From positions 11,456,001-11,520,000 of the forward strand of contig CP068257.2 in the NCBI GenBank assembly GCA_009914755.4: DNA of 64,000 bases, read 5' to 3'. How positions within the stretch are numbered: position 1 is the first letter of the stretch; each line of letters begins with the position of its first letter. A program made the translations under genes and the position numbers. This document shows positions 63,123 through 64,000 of the stretch, in pieces. This stretch comes from the human T2T-CHM13v2.0 reference genome, Homo sapiens. The notes beneath the pieces were generated by a model that did no database searches, had not been told where the DNA came from, and saw only the letters and a list, made by a program, of their open reading frames with translations.

Positions 63123-64000
63123 TTAGAAAAGAATTGAAGGAAATACAAAAATAAGTTACCACGACCACCTCTTGATGGTGAGTATGGGTAATTTTTGTTG
63201 GTTTATATTGACCCCCTATTTAGCAAAATTCCTGAAATGATCACATTAATGGGAAAATATAGTTTTCAGTTCCTAGAAAGGTTTGCTTGGTTTATGTTTA
63301 AAAACAAATGATTCAACGGCTCTTTTCACAGACTTGATGGTGATTTGGGAGAAAATCCAGAAATTGGTGACCTATTATGAGTTCATAATTAGGCCCATTA
63401 TTTCTGATAAAATATTTCAGTAGCATTAAAATGCTAAGCTGAACTAAGATGTTCATGAAATGTATTCAAATAAACAAACCCAATTTAAAGATGATTGTAT
63501 AAAAATATCTTACTTGATAATATAAATGCAAAATTTGTGAATGTTTATTTATAGTTCCTGTAATTTGGGGAAATTAAAGTCACTTGGGAACAATATTTAC
63601 TTCACTAGCAACCAAAGGAGTACAATTGAAAAATAATGACTTGAAAATAAAATAAAAGTAAAAAAGGACTTCATTTCTTTTCACACAGTCTGAAAGAGTG
63701 AGTGCACAAGCTTTTCTCTGCCCAACTCCTCTTTGTCCACAAGGAATTTTCAGAATTCCTCCGTGTCTGTCTTATAATTTCATTCCTTGCTCATATAAGC
63801 AAGTTGGTTCAGAAACCCTAAGACTGTTATACCGTCAGTTGGGTTAGTTTAAAATAACCCCTATGAGCAGTTCAACACTGAATTGGCAATGCTTTGGAAA
63901 GCAGAGACCCTGTCAGCTAACCAGCCATCCTTTAAAATCAATTCATATTTTCACAGTCCCTGGGGATTGTTTCACAGGGCTAAAATTTCCCTGTTGGAAC

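Overview
This window is primate (human-like) nuclear genomic DNA. It is AT-rich and dense in repeats. Nothing prokaryotic is present: no CRISPR array, no operons, no bacterial genes.

The main contents, from left to right:

1. A KRAB zinc-finger gene fragment at the left edge. Two minus-strand exons of a ZNF91/ZNF43-like family member are visible: the KRAB-A exon at 2016-2142 and the following KRAB-B-containing exon at 1426-1500. The zinc-finger exon must lie beyond the window start.

2. A ~9.6 kb tandem satellite array of a 48-bp unit at 10497-20108, about 200 copies. It has two main unit subtypes and a recurrent five-unit variant cassette.

3. L1 sequence on both sides of the array, each with its 5' end facing the array. 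On the left is a 5'-truncated L1 3' end (10310-10495, minus strand). On the right is a full-length ~6.15 kb L1PA-type element (20131-26285, plus strand) whose ORF1 and ORF2 are both disrupted.

4. A second L1PA insertion at 34443-38260. It has the internal inversion typical of twin priming, a probable short 3' transduction, and 13-bp target-site duplications.

5. About 15 Alu elements, several with clear TSDs and two of them 5'-truncated. There are also two solo MaLR-type LTRs, older L1 3' fragments, two short tandem duplications, and simple repeats.

Nearly all ORFs in the supplied track are artefacts. They fall inside Alu, L1 or satellite sequence, and the ORF caller evidently accepts TTG and GTG starts. 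The satellite unit is exactly 16 codons long, which keeps three reading frames open and explains the many repetitive pseudo-proteins in the track.
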